From the NCBI GenBank assembly GCA_963667035.1, contig OY762964.1, positions 1,408,001 to 1,472,000 of the forward strand: a stretch of 64,000 nucleotides of DNA, read 5' to 3'. The DNA is from Candidatus Cloacimonadales bacterium. Its GTDB lineage: Bacteria; Cloacimonadota; Cloacimonadia; Cloacimonadales; JAFGVF01. The position numbers and the translations under genes are program-made. Shown in pieces: positions 10,295-20,852 of this stretch. Below the pieces are notes generated by a model. It did not search any database. It saw nothing but the letters and a program-made list of their open reading frames with translations, and was not told where the DNA came from. How positions within the stretch are numbered: the first letter of the stretch is position 1; each line of letters opens with the position of its first letter.

Positions 10295-12429
10295 TAATTA
10301 TACCATCTCACAGATTTTTCCTCCAAAACAGTTACCGAATCAGCACACATCTTATAATGTGTAGGATAGAAATTATACATCAGACTATCTAAGAATACTT
10401 TAGGTTCTGTTCCATCGATAAAGACTTCATCTTTTGCGTTCTCTTCATTGAAAGCAAGAAATCCCGTAACAGGATTGATAGGTACTTTTACAATATTCTC
10501 AGGAACAACGAATCTATATCTTGAATCATTCTTTTTGGGTTTTACCCCATGATTCTGATTTATAATAGCTTTTAACTGTATTTTTGACCATGGAGGAGCA
10601 CATACTACACCACCTGACATTCTATCACCCATACTAATGTTAGAGTCAAAACCAACCCATATTCCGGTTACTATCTTTTTATTGAAACCAATAAACCAGG
10701 CATCTTTATAGTTATCGGTTGTACCTGTTTTACCGGCCGCAGGTAAATCCATACCATTTAGTTTAGCCATCCAGCCTGAACCTTCATTCACAACACTTTC
10801 CATCATGTTAGTCATGAGGTAAGCAACTTCAGGATTGCAGACTTCTTCTTTTCTAACTTCCATCTCTTCAAGAACTTTACCGTCTTTGTCTTCTACTTTC
10901 AGGATAAATTGAGGTATAACTCTCCAACCGTTATTGGGGAAAGTTGTATAAGAAGAGATTAGATTGATTGGCTTAACTTCTGTTGTACCGAGTGCACTTG
11001 ACATATTGGCATGCTTGCCAGTTGTAAGCCCAAACCTATATGCCATTTGTGCAAAATTGGCAGCTCCGACATCATACAACGCTCTAACTGCCCATATATT
11101 GTGAGAATTAGCCAAAGCTTCTCTCATAGTTACATAACCGTAATATCTGTCTCTTCTGTAATTATGAGGTCTCCATTCTTCACCTGATAGTAGGTGTACT
11201 ACAGTAGGAGCATCTTGTATAACTGTAGCCGGAGTATAGCCTTTCTCTACCGCTGCAGTATACAATATAGGCTTTATAGAAGAACCAGGAGATCTTCGAG
11301 CGTGAATCATCCTGTTAAATTTACTATGATTATGATTTCTACCCCCAAGCATTGCAAGAACTTCGCCGGTTTCAGCTTCCATAGAAAGCATTCCCCCCTG
11401 TAAATAAGGAGTTTTAATATCATTCTCAGTAGGTGAATAATCAGAGTACTTATTAGGGTAATCTCTTGCATTTTCTCTGATAGAAAGATATTCATTCATA
11501 ACAGAATCTGCATATTGTGTTAAATCATAATCCAGAGTTGTATAAATCTTTAATCCACCTTCAAACAGCATTTGAGTTCCATATTTTCGTTCAAGTTGAA
11601 GTCTGATATGCTCAATAAAGTAATCAGCCGGATCATTCTTAACCGGAGCTCTTTCTTGAATCAACGGTGCGTTCTTGGCATTAATGTACTGTGTTTGGTT
11701 AATCTTATCTTCTTCCAGCATTCTTTTCAAAACAAGGTTTCTTCTTTTAATTGCTCGTTCAGGATGTTTAATTGGATTCAAGTAGTTAGGAATCTGGATT
11801 ATCCCTGCTAAAGTAGCAGCTTCGGGTAGTGAAAGTTCACTCGCAGATTTTTTAAAATAATGCTTTGCAGCTGTTTCCACACCATAGACTCCACCTCCGA
11901 AATAAATCTTATTGAAGTACATTTCAATTATTTCGCTTTTAGAGAAGTTCTTTTCTATTATCAAAGCCAACATAGCTTCTTTAATTTTTCTTGTTATCTG
12001 TTTGTTCTGAGTAAGAAACAAGGCACGAGCCAACTGTTGGGTTATAGTTGATGCTCCTTGCGAGAAACCACCTCGCTTGATATTTACAAAAAAGGCTCTG
12101 GCAGTTCCCTTAATATCGACACCAAAATGTTCATAGAAGTTGCTGTCCTCAGTGGCAATAAGGGCATCCACAAGGTACGGAGGGAGTTCTTGATAGAAAG
12201 CCATAGTACGCTTTTCAAAAGCAAACATATGGATTAGGCGTCCATAGCGATCATAAACTTCCGATCCTTGAGCCATGTGATAGTTTCTCATCTCGGTAAC
12301 AGGCGGTAACTCATCTGAATAGTACCATAAAATTCCTATTATAATACCGATAATGAACATGACTACACATGCTTCGATTAAAAGATATTTCTTAAAGTAT
12401 CTTCTAAAATCATCCATACTAAACCCCAA
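10294..12429 (-). CDS. Class A penicillin-binding protein (PBP1A family)
   Basis: EDSNFYEHFG, GASTITQQL, RKIKE; SSIK, SHN and KTG motifs. Confidence 0.93.
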   Translation of the reverse strand: MGFSMDDFRRYFKKYLLIEACVVMFIIGIIIGILWYYSDELPPVTEMRNYHMAQGSEVYDRYGRLIHMFAFEKRTMAFYQELPPYLVDALIATEDSNFYEHFGVDIKGTARAFFVNIKRGGFSQGASTITQQLARALFLTQNKQITRKIKEAMLALIIEKNFSKSEIIEMYFNKIYFGGGVYGVETAAKHYFKKSASELSLPEAATLAGIIQIPNYLNPIKHPERAIKRRNLVLKRMLEEDKINQTQYINAKNAPLIQERAPVKNDPADYFIEHIRLQLERKYGTQMLFEGGLKIYTTLDYDLTQYADSVMNEYLSIRENARDYPNKYSDYSPTENDIKTPYLQGGMLSMEAETGEVLAMLGGRNHNHSKFNRMIHARRSPGSSIKPILYTAAVEKGYTPATVIQDAPTVVHLLSGEEWRPHNYRRDRYYGYVTMREALANSHNIWAVRALYDVGAANFAQMAYRFGLTTGKHANMSSALGTTEVKPINLISSYTTFPNNGWRVIPQFILKVEDKDGKVLEEMEVRKEEVCNPEVAYLMTNMMESVVNEGSGWMAKLNGMDLPAAGKTGTTDNYKDAWFIGFNKKIVTGIWVGFDSNISMGDRMSGGVVCAPPWSKIQLKAIINQNHGVKPKKNDSRYRFVVPENIVKVPINPVTGFLAFNEENAKDEVFIDGTEPKVFLDSLMYNFYPTHYKMCADSVTVLEEKSVRWYN

Positions 12430-12946
12430 AAGTAATCCTTTTCTTTAAATGAAGAGCAATAACTCCGGTTATAGAACCGGATATAAGTCCGATTATTAGT
12501 AACAACGGTATAAATCTAAATACCGAATCTGACTGTATCATTACTGACCTTAAAACAACCAGTTGCACTAGATTATGTATCACTGCTCCAATAACACTTA
12601 TCCCTATAATACTAAGTCCTGTTTTAATCTTAAAGAATAGAATCATAGCAAGTACAGAGGCTATTGTCGCCCCTAAAGAAATCAACGATATTGGAGTAAA
12701 CAGGGTCCCTATGAAAAAACCACCAATAACTATTTTTAAGATTGAAACCGTAAAAGCCATAAGATTGAATCCATCTGCTAACAATATCAGTATAGCAATA
12801 TTAGCTAATCCGATTCTAACAAATGGAAGTGGCTTAGGTATCACAGCTTCAAAAATATATGCTGTGACCGCAAATGCTGTAAAAAAGGCAAGGTAGAGGT
12901 TTCTTTTTGATTTATCTATTCTTAATTCTGATGACATATTTACCAT
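12419..12946 (-). CDS. Gx transporter / heptaprenyl diphosphate synthase component I-like membrane protein
   Basis: PKPLPFVRIGLANI, GAVIHNLVQL; multi-TM. Confidence 0.8.
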   Translation of the reverse strand: MVNMSSELRIDKSKRNLYLAFFTAFAVTAYIFEAVIPKPLPFVRIGLANIAILILLADGFNLMAFTVSILKIVIGGFFIGTLFTPISLISLGATIASVLAMILFFKIKTGLSIIGISVIGAVIHNLVQLVVLRSVMIQSDSVFRFIPLLLIIGLISGSITGVIALHLKKRITFGV

Positions 12947-13201
12947 TTATTTCTATTTTAATTAAAAAAAATATCTCATCCACTAAAGTCAAGTCTTATC
13001 TTACTACTATCATAGGCATATTTTTAATGAATAGAATCATAGCTACATCATGGATAGAGAAAGTTGAGTTTTAAACTGTCATTTGTAATATAAAGAACTC
13101 AGAAAACTATGCTGTAATATATTATATATGTTTTAGTTACATATATATTCTTAATGTTACACATCATATATTAATACTAACTCTATGACTTCGTATGTAT
13201 T

Positions 13202-13924
13202 TCATACAGCTTTGATATAATTTGATACTAGAATGATAGATATATCATCCCTAGAAAGATTCTGTATTGCTAATCTACCTAACTTCTCAACTCCTTCTTT
13301 TAGTGAGTTAATGTCCTTAATGGCTTCATGAATTTCATCATCAGTGGTTACATCTGTTAATCCGTCACTACAAAGCAAGAAAATCCATTGTTCCGTGGGA
13401 TAGAATATCTTGTATAAATTAATTTGAGGTTCTTCATGTATACCTAAAGCTTCGGAAAGAATATTCTTTCTCGAGTGGGTAATCATTTCATCCTTAGTAA
13501 TAACCCCCTGGCTGAACAGCTCCCATACAGGAGATTGGTCTTCTGTTAGTTGCTCGAAATCTTTAGGAGTAATCAGATAAACTCTACTGTCCCCCACACT
13601 TACTATCTCTGCATTTCTTTTATTAAGAATCAAGGCTACCAGTGTTGTCCCCATTCCTGCTGAATTAGGATGCTCTTTAGAGTATTGTCTAAGACTTTCG
13701 TTAACTCTTTTAGTTGTTGTAAGTAAAGATTCAGATTCGCTATGATACTCTTTAAATTTACTGATACATAATTGGGAAGCAACTTCACCATCAGGATGCC
13801 CCCCCATTCCATCACAAAGAATATATAATCGTTTCTCGTTCCCATTCTCAGGAATATAAATGGAATCTTCATTGATATTGGATCTCAGACCGTTAACCGA
13901 TTTAGCATATACGTACATTATCAC
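13202..13924 (-). CDS. PP2C-family Ser/Thr phosphatase
   Basis: NED, CDGMGG, VGDSRVY, LCSDGL, DDIS. Confidence 0.92.
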   Translation of the reverse strand: MIMYVYAKSVNGLRSNINEDSIYIPENGNEKRLYILCDGMGGHPDGEVASQLCISKFKEYHSESESLLTTTKRVNESLRQYSKEHPNSAGMGTTLVALILNKRNAEIVSVGDSRVYLITPKDFEQLTEDQSPVWELFSQGVITKDEMITHSRKNILSEALGIHEEPQINLYKIFYPTEQWIFLLCSDGLTDVTTDDEIHEAIKDINSLKEGVEKLGRLAIQNLSRDDISIILVSNYIKAV

Positions 13925-14058
13925 CTCAATCAGATATTACCCTATTAAAGCAGTGTGTCAATCTTTTGTTTCATATTTCTACTTTCCACCTCATTTTATT
14001 ATAATCGTGCTTTATAACAACTTGTTTTTGCATAGGAAGTTATGTCATAATTCTAACA

Positions 14059-14150
14059 TTAGTTAAAACAAAATGCTTCTTTATGTTTCATTTTCTGTAA
14101 ACCTTCAATTCCTCAGACCTCGATGTAACTACTTTATTCAGGACAAAATA
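14059..14150 (-). mobile_element. IS3-family left-end remnant with a 10-codon orfA stub
   Basis: 22 bp identical to 50638-50659; IR-like ctactttattcaggac; stub MKHKEAFCFN* versus MKQKTALCYS. Confidence 0.6.
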
Positions 14151-14287
14151 TTCCTCGTAGAGGTACAACATTTTAGGTCTTTACCGGAACAGTACAGTTT
14201 CTTTGAACTATCTTAATTACTTATAAATCATGATTAATCTGCTGACATTTTGTTTAGAACCTCTTTACTGTTTGCACACGGATTGCT

Positions 14288-14324
14288 CAAGAGACTCCCA
14301 AGAATCGGACAAGTTTCCAACAAT
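14288..14324. repeat. 11-bp-pitch array, core CAAG
   Basis: caag at 14288, 14299, 14310; caat at 14321. Confidence 0.5.
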
Positions 14325-14474
14325 GATTATGATAGAGGCAAGATAGTTAATTAAACTACACGAGAGTGACTAGTCACCTTTAAAAGTATCAATCCTAGTG
14401 AGGTCAACGTTTTTACCAAGAAAAATACTACGTAAACTATCCCTCCACCCACTCGTTACTCCCATGAGCAATAT

Positions 14475-14544
14475 TTACTCAATCCTTACACATCTCTTAC
14501 TCAACACTTACTCAAAACATGATTTTGGAGTTGGAAATTAGTAA
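14475..14544. repeat. 11-bp-pitch inverted array, core TTACTC
   Basis: ttac(t/a)c at 14475, 14486, 14497, 14508; inverted gagttg and tagtaa at 14528 and 14539. Confidence 0.65.
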
Positions 14545-14617
14545 GAAGTTTGGGAGTGTTATATCTCAATTCTATCTATGTTGCTCAAGTGCAAAACGGG
14601 AGAAAATCCGGATTAAA

Positions 14618-14652
14618 AATGCTAAATGGTGAATGGTGAATGATAAATGAAA
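14618..14652. repeat. Five degenerate heptamer tandem repeats AATGnnn
   Basis: aatgcta aatggtg aatggtg aatgata aatgaaa. Confidence 0.65.
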
Positions 14653-14998
14653 GAAGTAAGTTAATGAAGTATCAGATGTACCTTCGTAATGGTTGAGTTT
14701 TGGAATCCTAGTGAATAAAGTCGAACGGGGCTCTCAATAAATCTTCAGTACCTCACTGTTTCTAGTATTGAATTATGTAGTTTTAACAAGATTAATAGCA
14801 TTTTGTAATGCTTGCATACTAAAGATACAGGAAAGATTCCGCTTATCATTCATACCTCCTTTCGACAGGAATGACGAATATAGCGGTATTCGTATCTTAT
14901 TATTGTTCATTACATTACAATATTTCAGCAATATGGATTATAAGGCATAACATCATGCTAACTATATGAATGCATTTAAGTTACAAAATAATTAGTTC

Positions 14999-15027
14999 TT
15001 GACACATAATAATTTGGTTCTTAATAT
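14999..15027 (+). promoter_or_regulatory. Sigma70-type promoter of the OMP gene
   Basis: TTGACA-N17-TAATAT followed by an AGGAGG RBS. Confidence 0.65.
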
Positions 15028-15051
15028 TGATTTAACAAAAGGAGGAGAAAT

Positions 15052-16209
15052 ATGAAAAAAATCATAATTCTTTGTATTGTAACTCTGATTGCTTTGAGTG
15101 CATTCGCTCAAAGTCCACGCCTAATGAGTATGGGAAACGTAGACGGATATGTTGCAGATGCTGATGATATCTTTACATATCCGGGTGCAATTCACAACTA
15201 CGGTAATACAGCTTATGCATATCTTGGACAAGATGCCCAAGATGATTACTGGAAAAACTTCGGAATTAACGTAGCATTTAATAATTACATAATAGGTGCA
15301 TACTTCAATAAACCTGTTATGTGGAACCCTACATTTATGGTCTTAAACGATGTAGAGTTAGACAAGCAAATGGATCTCTTCTTTGGTTTCAACGAGTCAT
15401 TAGCAATATATTTAACACTCGCTCTTGACGGTTATAGCGAACCTGGAGACGACCCGGACAATGAAGACACTGAAGTAGCAATGTGTTTCGGTCTTGGTGG
15501 TGGTTATTCTACTGATAAAATGGATATTGGTATTCATGTATCAATTCCTGTTTACGGAAGAGAGACATCCTATTCAGTAGTTGACCCTGTTGAAGAACCA
15601 CGAGTTAACTCTGTTGAAGAATCAGAAAGCAAATTTGCATTAGCTCTTGATGGAAGAATGACTTTTGCTCAAGTCGGTAACGTTGACTTTGTCGGTAAAG
15701 CTGACATCATGTTTGCCGGTGGTACATATGACGACGGAAATGATGCAACTAAAGACAAAGAAGACTCAATGCTAGGTTTTGGTATCGGAGTTGCAGGAGT
15801 TTACAATTACGATGAAAATAATAAAGTTGTCGTAGGTTTTACTCCAATTGATATGCTTGTTAAATCAGAAGACGATGGCTTAACAAAAGAGACTGATGCT
15901 ACCGTAACATTCCCTGCTTTCAATATTGGTATTGAATCACAAGTATGTAAATGGCTTGTTCTTCGTGCAGGTATGACTCAAGAATACAGTGTAAACTCTG
16001 TAACTACCGAGGAAGACAATGAAGATGACCAAGTTACAACAACTTGGGATAGTGATTTCATGTATAATATGGGTATGGGAATCATGTTTAGAAATTTCAC
16101 ACTTGATTTTGTATTCAATGAAGATTTCTTACATGATGGTCCTAACTTCATTACCGGTCAAAACACAGATGCCTTTGCCGGCGAGTTAATGTTAAAATAT
16201 AAGTTCTAA
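15052..16209 (+). CDS. Probable outer-membrane beta-barrel protein (porin-like)
   Basis: Signal peptide, alternating strands, C-terminal LMLKYKF; own promoter and terminator. Confidence 0.7.
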   Translation: MKKIIILCIVTLIALSAFAQSPRLMSMGNVDGYVADADDIFTYPGAIHNYGNTAYAYLGQDAQDDYWKNFGINVAFNNYIIGAYFNKPVMWNPTFMVLNDVELDKQMDLFFGFNESLAIYLTLALDGYSEPGDDPDNEDTEVAMCFGLGGGYSTDKMDIGIHVSIPVYGRETSYSVVDPVEEPRVNSVEESESKFALALDGRMTFAQVGNVDFVGKADIMFAGGTYDDGNDATKDKEDSMLGFGIGVAGVYNYDENNKVVVGFTPIDMLVKSEDDGLTKETDATVTFPAFNIGIESQVCKWLVLRAGMTQEYSVNSVTTEEDNEDDQVTTTWDSDFMYNMGMGIMFRNFTLDFVFNEDFLHDGPNFITGQNTDAFAGELMLKYKF

Positions 16210-16225
16210 TTTAGATTATAACAAC

Positions 16226-16256
16226 AAAGCCTACCGTATTCTCGGTAGGCTTTTTT
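16226..16256 (+). terminator. Rho-independent terminator
   Basis: aaagcctaccg/cggtaggcttt plus T run. Confidence 0.8.
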
Positions 16257-16280
16257 AATTTAAATAACATAATATATTTT

Positions 16281-18056
16281 CTAAAAAGAATATTCAATCT
16301 GAGCTGATAACTCCCAAATACTATCTCTTCCTTTTTCAAATTCAGGATTCAATTTAAAGCTAATAAATGAATTATAAGAGAAATAATAGTTAGTAACCCA
16401 ATCAATTTCAAGGGTTTGGTCATCACCCCACTCATATCTTGGAGTGAATACAGTGTTTAGATTGTTATAGTACTTAGAAAGCTTCCAAACAAGGGCTTGG
16501 TCTTCATTCTTGACTGTAATTAAATATACGTCATCAACTTTACTTCCATCTTCGCTTGTTAGATATTCGTAAGTTAACTCGGTTCTAAAATTGTTTTTGT
16601 ATGTTTGCATACCACTACCAAATCTATTGAAGGCATATTCCTTAGTTATTAGTGGATTATTATCCCATATAAATGAGTACTTAGCTCCAAGCTTTCTATA
16701 GAATCGATCACTGAAACTACCTTCATCACTATATTCATAATCTTTGTAACTTGCATATATCTGGTAATTCTGAGCAAGTATCAAGTTATCATTAAGAAGT
16801 ATTTTAACTATCGGTTGTAAGTCATAATCGGTTTTTCTATAATTGTTACCTGAATAGGAACCGTTAATATAGATATCGTCTTGCTGATGCCATCCAAACT
16901 TAAATTCTGTGAAAATTGATTTGTATGGATAAAACTTTAGTCTCGTACTAAAATAATCAGTAAGATTATCTTTATCAGCATCTTCCAAAGCTCCGGGATA
17001 CTCTCTTCTGAACAATTGTTTACTATAAGAAATTTCAAGAGTATCAGCTTCCATAAAATTGTAAGCAAAGCTACCTAAAGCTTTTCTGGTCTCCTCTACC
17101 CTATCCCCGGCTCCTTCGTCAAAGTCCTTTTCAAATCTTGAGTAAAACAACTCTGTTTTGAAAACAACATCCGTCATTGGAATAACTAGATTAAGAGTTG
17201 ACTCATTAGTCCAGTCATTACTATTCTTTAATACACTATTATCAACTGAATAGCTGGTGGAATAAAATCTATTATCCAATGAGATATTGTACTTATCCTT
17301 AATAATATCATCATAGTATAGATTGAAATCAAGTTTATCGACTGATTGTTTATCAGCAACAACATACGCCTCACTAGAGTTTGATGTAGCCATAATCTTC
17401 TCTCTGTTAATGTTATAATTAACACTTGCAGAAAGAAAACGAGTTCTACCATTATATATCCAACCTAAATTTGAATTTAAGCGATTGAATTTCTTGCTAT
17501 CGGTATATTTGGCGTCATAACTGGACACAAACTGAAGTAATCCGTTAGCGACATCAGAAGAGTATCGTAGATTCAGATTATTTCCTGTTCCATTACTTAT
17601 ATAATTCCTTTCAGTCGCAGTATGTTCTTCCTTCGAATAAAAGTACTGTATCTTACCTTCAATAATCAAACTATCGACTATTGAATATCTGAGCAGTTGT
17701 CCAAGAGAACCGGAATTAGTAAATATCTTATCTGATGACCTTATTGAGCTGTCATAATCACTTTTCTTATATGAAATCAAGCTTTGATGAGTCAGCTTAT
17801 TGAATAAATACGAAGATTGCCAATCATGAGAAGAAGTCTTGTACTCTTGATGAATTCTTTTGTTTAGTCCCCAATCAGTTTGAGTAGTATATTTCCATTG
17901 GAACTTACCGTCCAAATCAGGTTTATATATCAGATTAGATTCAATCTTTGTATCCTGATCATAGCTTCTAAAATTACCGGAGAAAGCACTCTGAGCTAAT
18001 AATGCATTAAAGGAGAGGCAGAATAGCAGTGTAAAGACTGATAAACTCTTCTTCAT
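16281..18056 (-). CDS. Hypothetical outer-membrane beta-barrel protein
   Basis: Signal peptide MKKSLSVF..LLA; Tyr/Phe-rich strands; ends IEYSF. Confidence 0.65.
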   Translation of the reverse strand: MKKSLSVFTLLFCLSFNALLAQSAFSGNFRSYDQDTKIESNLIYKPDLDGKFQWKYTTQTDWGLNKRIHQEYKTSSHDWQSSYLFNKLTHQSLISYKKSDYDSSIRSSDKIFTNSGSLGQLLRYSIVDSLIIEGKIQYFYSKEEHTATERNYISNGTGNNLNLRYSSDVANGLLQFVSSYDAKYTDSKKFNRLNSNLGWIYNGRTRFLSASVNYNINREKIMATSNSSEAYVVADKQSVDKLDFNLYYDDIIKDKYNISLDNRFYSTSYSVDNSVLKNSNDWTNESTLNLVIPMTDVVFKTELFYSRFEKDFDEGAGDRVEETRKALGSFAYNFMEADTLEISYSKQLFRREYPGALEDADKDNLTDYFSTRLKFYPYKSIFTEFKFGWHQQDDIYINGSYSGNNYRKTDYDLQPIVKILLNDNLILAQNYQIYASYKDYEYSDEGSFSDRFYRKLGAKYSFIWDNNPLITKEYAFNRFGSGMQTYKNNFRTELTYEYLTSEDGSKVDDVYLITVKNEDQALVWKLSKYYNNLNTVFTPRYEWGDDQTLEIDWVTNYYFSYNSFISFKLNPEFEKGRDSIWELSAQIEYSF

Positions 18057-18807
18057 TAAGTGTTTCACCTCTTCTTGTTAAATCGATTGGACCGGATTCT
18101 TGCAAACTAGCTATACCCTCTTTTGAGAGTATTGATTTCAAATTAACTCTCAACATCTTCCTTCTATTTCTAAATGATGTTTCAACTAAATGCCAGAAAA
18201 ACTTCTCATTCTTAATACTCGGTTGATTCTCCCTTGGAGTAAGTCTGATTACAGCAGAATCTACTTTTGGAGGAGGAGTGAATAGATGTGGCGGAACGGT
18301 GAATAGGTACTCAGGATTATAATAGAATTGGGTCTTGAGACTAAGTATACCATAAGCTTTAGTCCCTGGTCCCGCCATAATTCTCTCTGCGACCTCTTTC
18401 TGAATCATGATAGTTATATTAGGAAAAAAATTTCTGTATGTTATCGCTTTAAAAACAAACGGGGAGGTAATTTGGTAAGGCAAATTAGCAACTATTGCAG
18501 AACCTTCCGGTATGCCTAATTCATCCCACTTGAGTCTAAGAATATCCCAATTAATAAGCTTTATTGAGTCCCCAAATCTCTGTTCAAGAATAGGCACTAA
18601 GTCTTTATCAAGCTCAACAGCCGTAACTTTTGCTCCTATCGACAAAAGCTCTTCAGTTAAGACTCCTTCTCCCGGACCTACTTCTAACACTTCTGTTCCA
18701 TTTGTTACTTTAGACTCTCTGACTATTTTCCTAATTATGTTTTTATCGTGGAGAAAATGCTGTCCTAAAGCCTTTTTATGTTTATGATTATAATCGATTT
18801 TCATCAC
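18007..18807 (-). CDS. rsmA: 16S rRNA m6,2A dimethyltransferase
   Basis: LGQHFL, EVGPGEG, ANLPYQI, FTPPPKVDSA. Confidence 0.95.
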   Translation of the reverse strand: MMKIDYNHKHKKALGQHFLHDKNIIRKIVRESKVTNGTEVLEVGPGEGVLTEELLSIGAKVTAVELDKDLVPILEQRFGDSIKLINWDILRLKWDELGIPEGSAIVANLPYQITSPFVFKAITYRNFFPNITIMIQKEVAERIMAGPGTKAYGILSLKTQFYYNPEYLFTVPPHLFTPPPKVDSAVIRLTPRENQPSIKNEKFFWHLVETSFRNRRKMLRVNLKSILSKEGIASLQESGPIDLTRRGETLNEEEFISLYTAILPLL

Positions 18808-19216
18808 CTGCTATTTATTTGATTTGAAACTAACTCAATCCCATGATTTAAGTCAATGATTTTATCGGATTAGTGCATAGATTAATAGATATCATCAATC
18901 CTTACTATAGTAAATTTGTCTTTACCATAGATAGCGATATAGGTTTACTTCAGATTGATTCTTGCTATATCTCTCTTGTCTTTCTATATTACTTCTAGTT
19001 AGTTACATCTATTATCTTAAAGTTAATTATATCTTTTCTGGACATATTTATATAATTCTCAAAGCAGTTCACAACAATCATAATAAGTATCGTAAAACTC
19101 GTTAGTTTAATAGAAAGCTTTATACTGAACAGAAATCATACAATCTTTAAAATAACTTTGCCAAATAAATTTAACTCAATAAACTTGTCATTTAGAAGTA
19201 ATAGAGAGATATAGAT

Positions 19217-19612
19217 ATGAAAGAAATCGTATATAATGAATGTTTTGCATGTGGTCAGAATAATCCGATAGGATTGAAATTGCAGTTTGAGTATGAAGAT
19301 AATCATGCTATTGCAAACTGGGAATGTCCTCAGCAATATGCAGGATATCCGGGACTTATCCACGGAGGTATAGTTTCAACTCTTTTAGATGAAGCGATGG
19401 CAAAAATTGTGATAAAAAATGTAGGAGAAGCAGTTACAGGTAAAATGTCAGTAACTTTTAGAAATCCATTATATATAGGCGAAAAAGTAACTTTGATAGG
19501 AGAGATATCAGAGGTTAAAGGCAAAATAATAAAAACCAAAGCTAAAATCATGTCTAAGGATATGATAATCGCAGAAGCAACTGCCATCTATATCAAGACG
19601 AGGACTTTATGA
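19217..19612 (+). CDS. PaaI-family hotdog thioesterase
   Basis: CFACGQNNPIGL, IHGGIVSTLLDE. Confidence 0.88.
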   Translation: MKEIVYNECFACGQNNPIGLKLQFEYEDNHAIANWECPQQYAGYPGLIHGGIVSTLLDEAMAKIVIKNVGEAVTGKMSVTFRNPLYIGEKVTLIGEISEVKGKIIKTKAKIMSKDMIIAEATAIYIKTRTL

Positions 19613-20205
19613 ATTTGAAAAACTATCTCACTTTTAATGAACGAAAGGCATTATTTTTCTTAATTGTAATACTATTCTTTGCGACTTTGTTCAGTACCCA
19701 AAAGAAAACAGAAACAAAAGTGTTAAATCCGGATTCTCTTGAAGTTGCTTTAGAAAGAGATAACCTGCCAAATCTTGATATCCACAAAGCAACTTTTGAA
19801 GAGTGGATATTGGTTCCTGGACTAGGAACGAAAAGGGCAAAAAAACTTGTTGAATATAGAGACTTCTATGGATTTTCCACAGTAAATGACATTCTAAAAG
19901 TTAAAGGTATCGGAATTAATACCGTCAAATCCATTATTGCTTATGGTTATGGCACTGAATTTATAGAGAACAAGTCATCCATGAGTAAAGAAGATGAAGT
20001 TGACACAATGTTTGATTTGAATAAAGCAACATTCGAGCAGCTAATAAGCATCAAAGGAATAGGTAAACTTAGAGCTCAAGGTATTGTTGAATACAGGGAT
20101 CGAGTTGGTATTATCAAAAAGTTTGATGAATTACTGGTAATTAATGGAATCGGACCTAAAACAATAGAAATATTAGAACAAAACACTTATCTCGGACAGG
20201 AGTAA
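19609..20205 (+). CDS. ComEA-like helix-hairpin-helix DNA-binding protein
   Basis: N-terminal TM; repeated VPGLG/VKGIG/IKGIG/INGIG HhH motifs. Confidence 0.85.
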   Translation: MNLKNYLTFNERKALFFLIVILFFATLFSTQKKTETKVLNPDSLEVALERDNLPNLDIHKATFEEWILVPGLGTKRAKKLVEYRDFYGFSTVNDILKVKGIGINTVKSIIAYGYGTEFIENKSSMSKEDEVDTMFDLNKATFEQLISIKGIGKLRAQGIVEYRDRVGIIKKFDELLVINGIGPKTIEILEQNTYLGQE

Positions 20206-20834
20206 TGGCTGATAAAATAAAAGCAACACTAACACTCGCTAAATTATATGAGAGTCAAGGATTAATTGCTGATGCAATTGCGACTTATGAAGCAATATAC
20301 GAGATAAGTCCCAGTGAAGACTTGTTTCAAAGAATTGAATCATTAAGACACGACTTTATTACTTCCGGTATCAAAACTAAAAAAGACAATTCCCCTATCT
20401 CAATAATATTCAGTACTCATGAGAAAGAATTATTCAGAATACTAACCACTTCTCAATATAAGAAATTCACAGATGCTTATAATCCTGATAATAGTGAACT
20501 GAATATTGTCATTGATATAGAAGAAGATGAAGATGATACTCAAGAGATAATTGAGCTTGATGATAATAATTCGATTAAAGTTGGGAGTAGGATTACAAAG
20601 AAGACTGATGAAGTGTTTCAAGAGGTCTTAGACAATATTGGTGAAGAGGACATTCAAAAAAGCAAAATTGCTTCAACTCCCCGTGAAATGCACCCTTCAG
20701 CCGAAGATATTTTAAAGCAGAATCTGACAATAAGAGATTTATTGACGCATCTGAAAAGAATTTATGGTGAAGATACACTGTTAAAAAGTATTGACCGAAA
20801 AGAGCTCCTTGAAAGCATTACTTCACTCTTATAA
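20205..20834 (+). CDS. Hypothetical protein with an N-terminal TPR-like motif
   Basis: TLTLAKLYESQG; coupled start/stop; AGGAG RBS. Confidence 0.65.
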   Translation: MADKIKATLTLAKLYESQGLIADAIATYEAIYEISPSEDLFQRIESLRHDFITSGIKTKKDNSPISIIFSTHEKELFRILTTSQYKKFTDAYNPDNSELNIVIDIEEDEDDTQEIIELDDNNSIKVGSRITKKTDEVFQEVLDNIGEEDIQKSKIASTPREMHPSAEDILKQNLTIRDLLTHLKRIYGEDTLLKSIDRKELLESITSLL

Positions 20835-20852
20835 GTATTCAAGCAGGAGTTT

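Noticed and set aside
14768..14950. 60-aa ORF upstream of the OMP gene
   Set aside because: TTG start, no RBS, overlaps repeat debris
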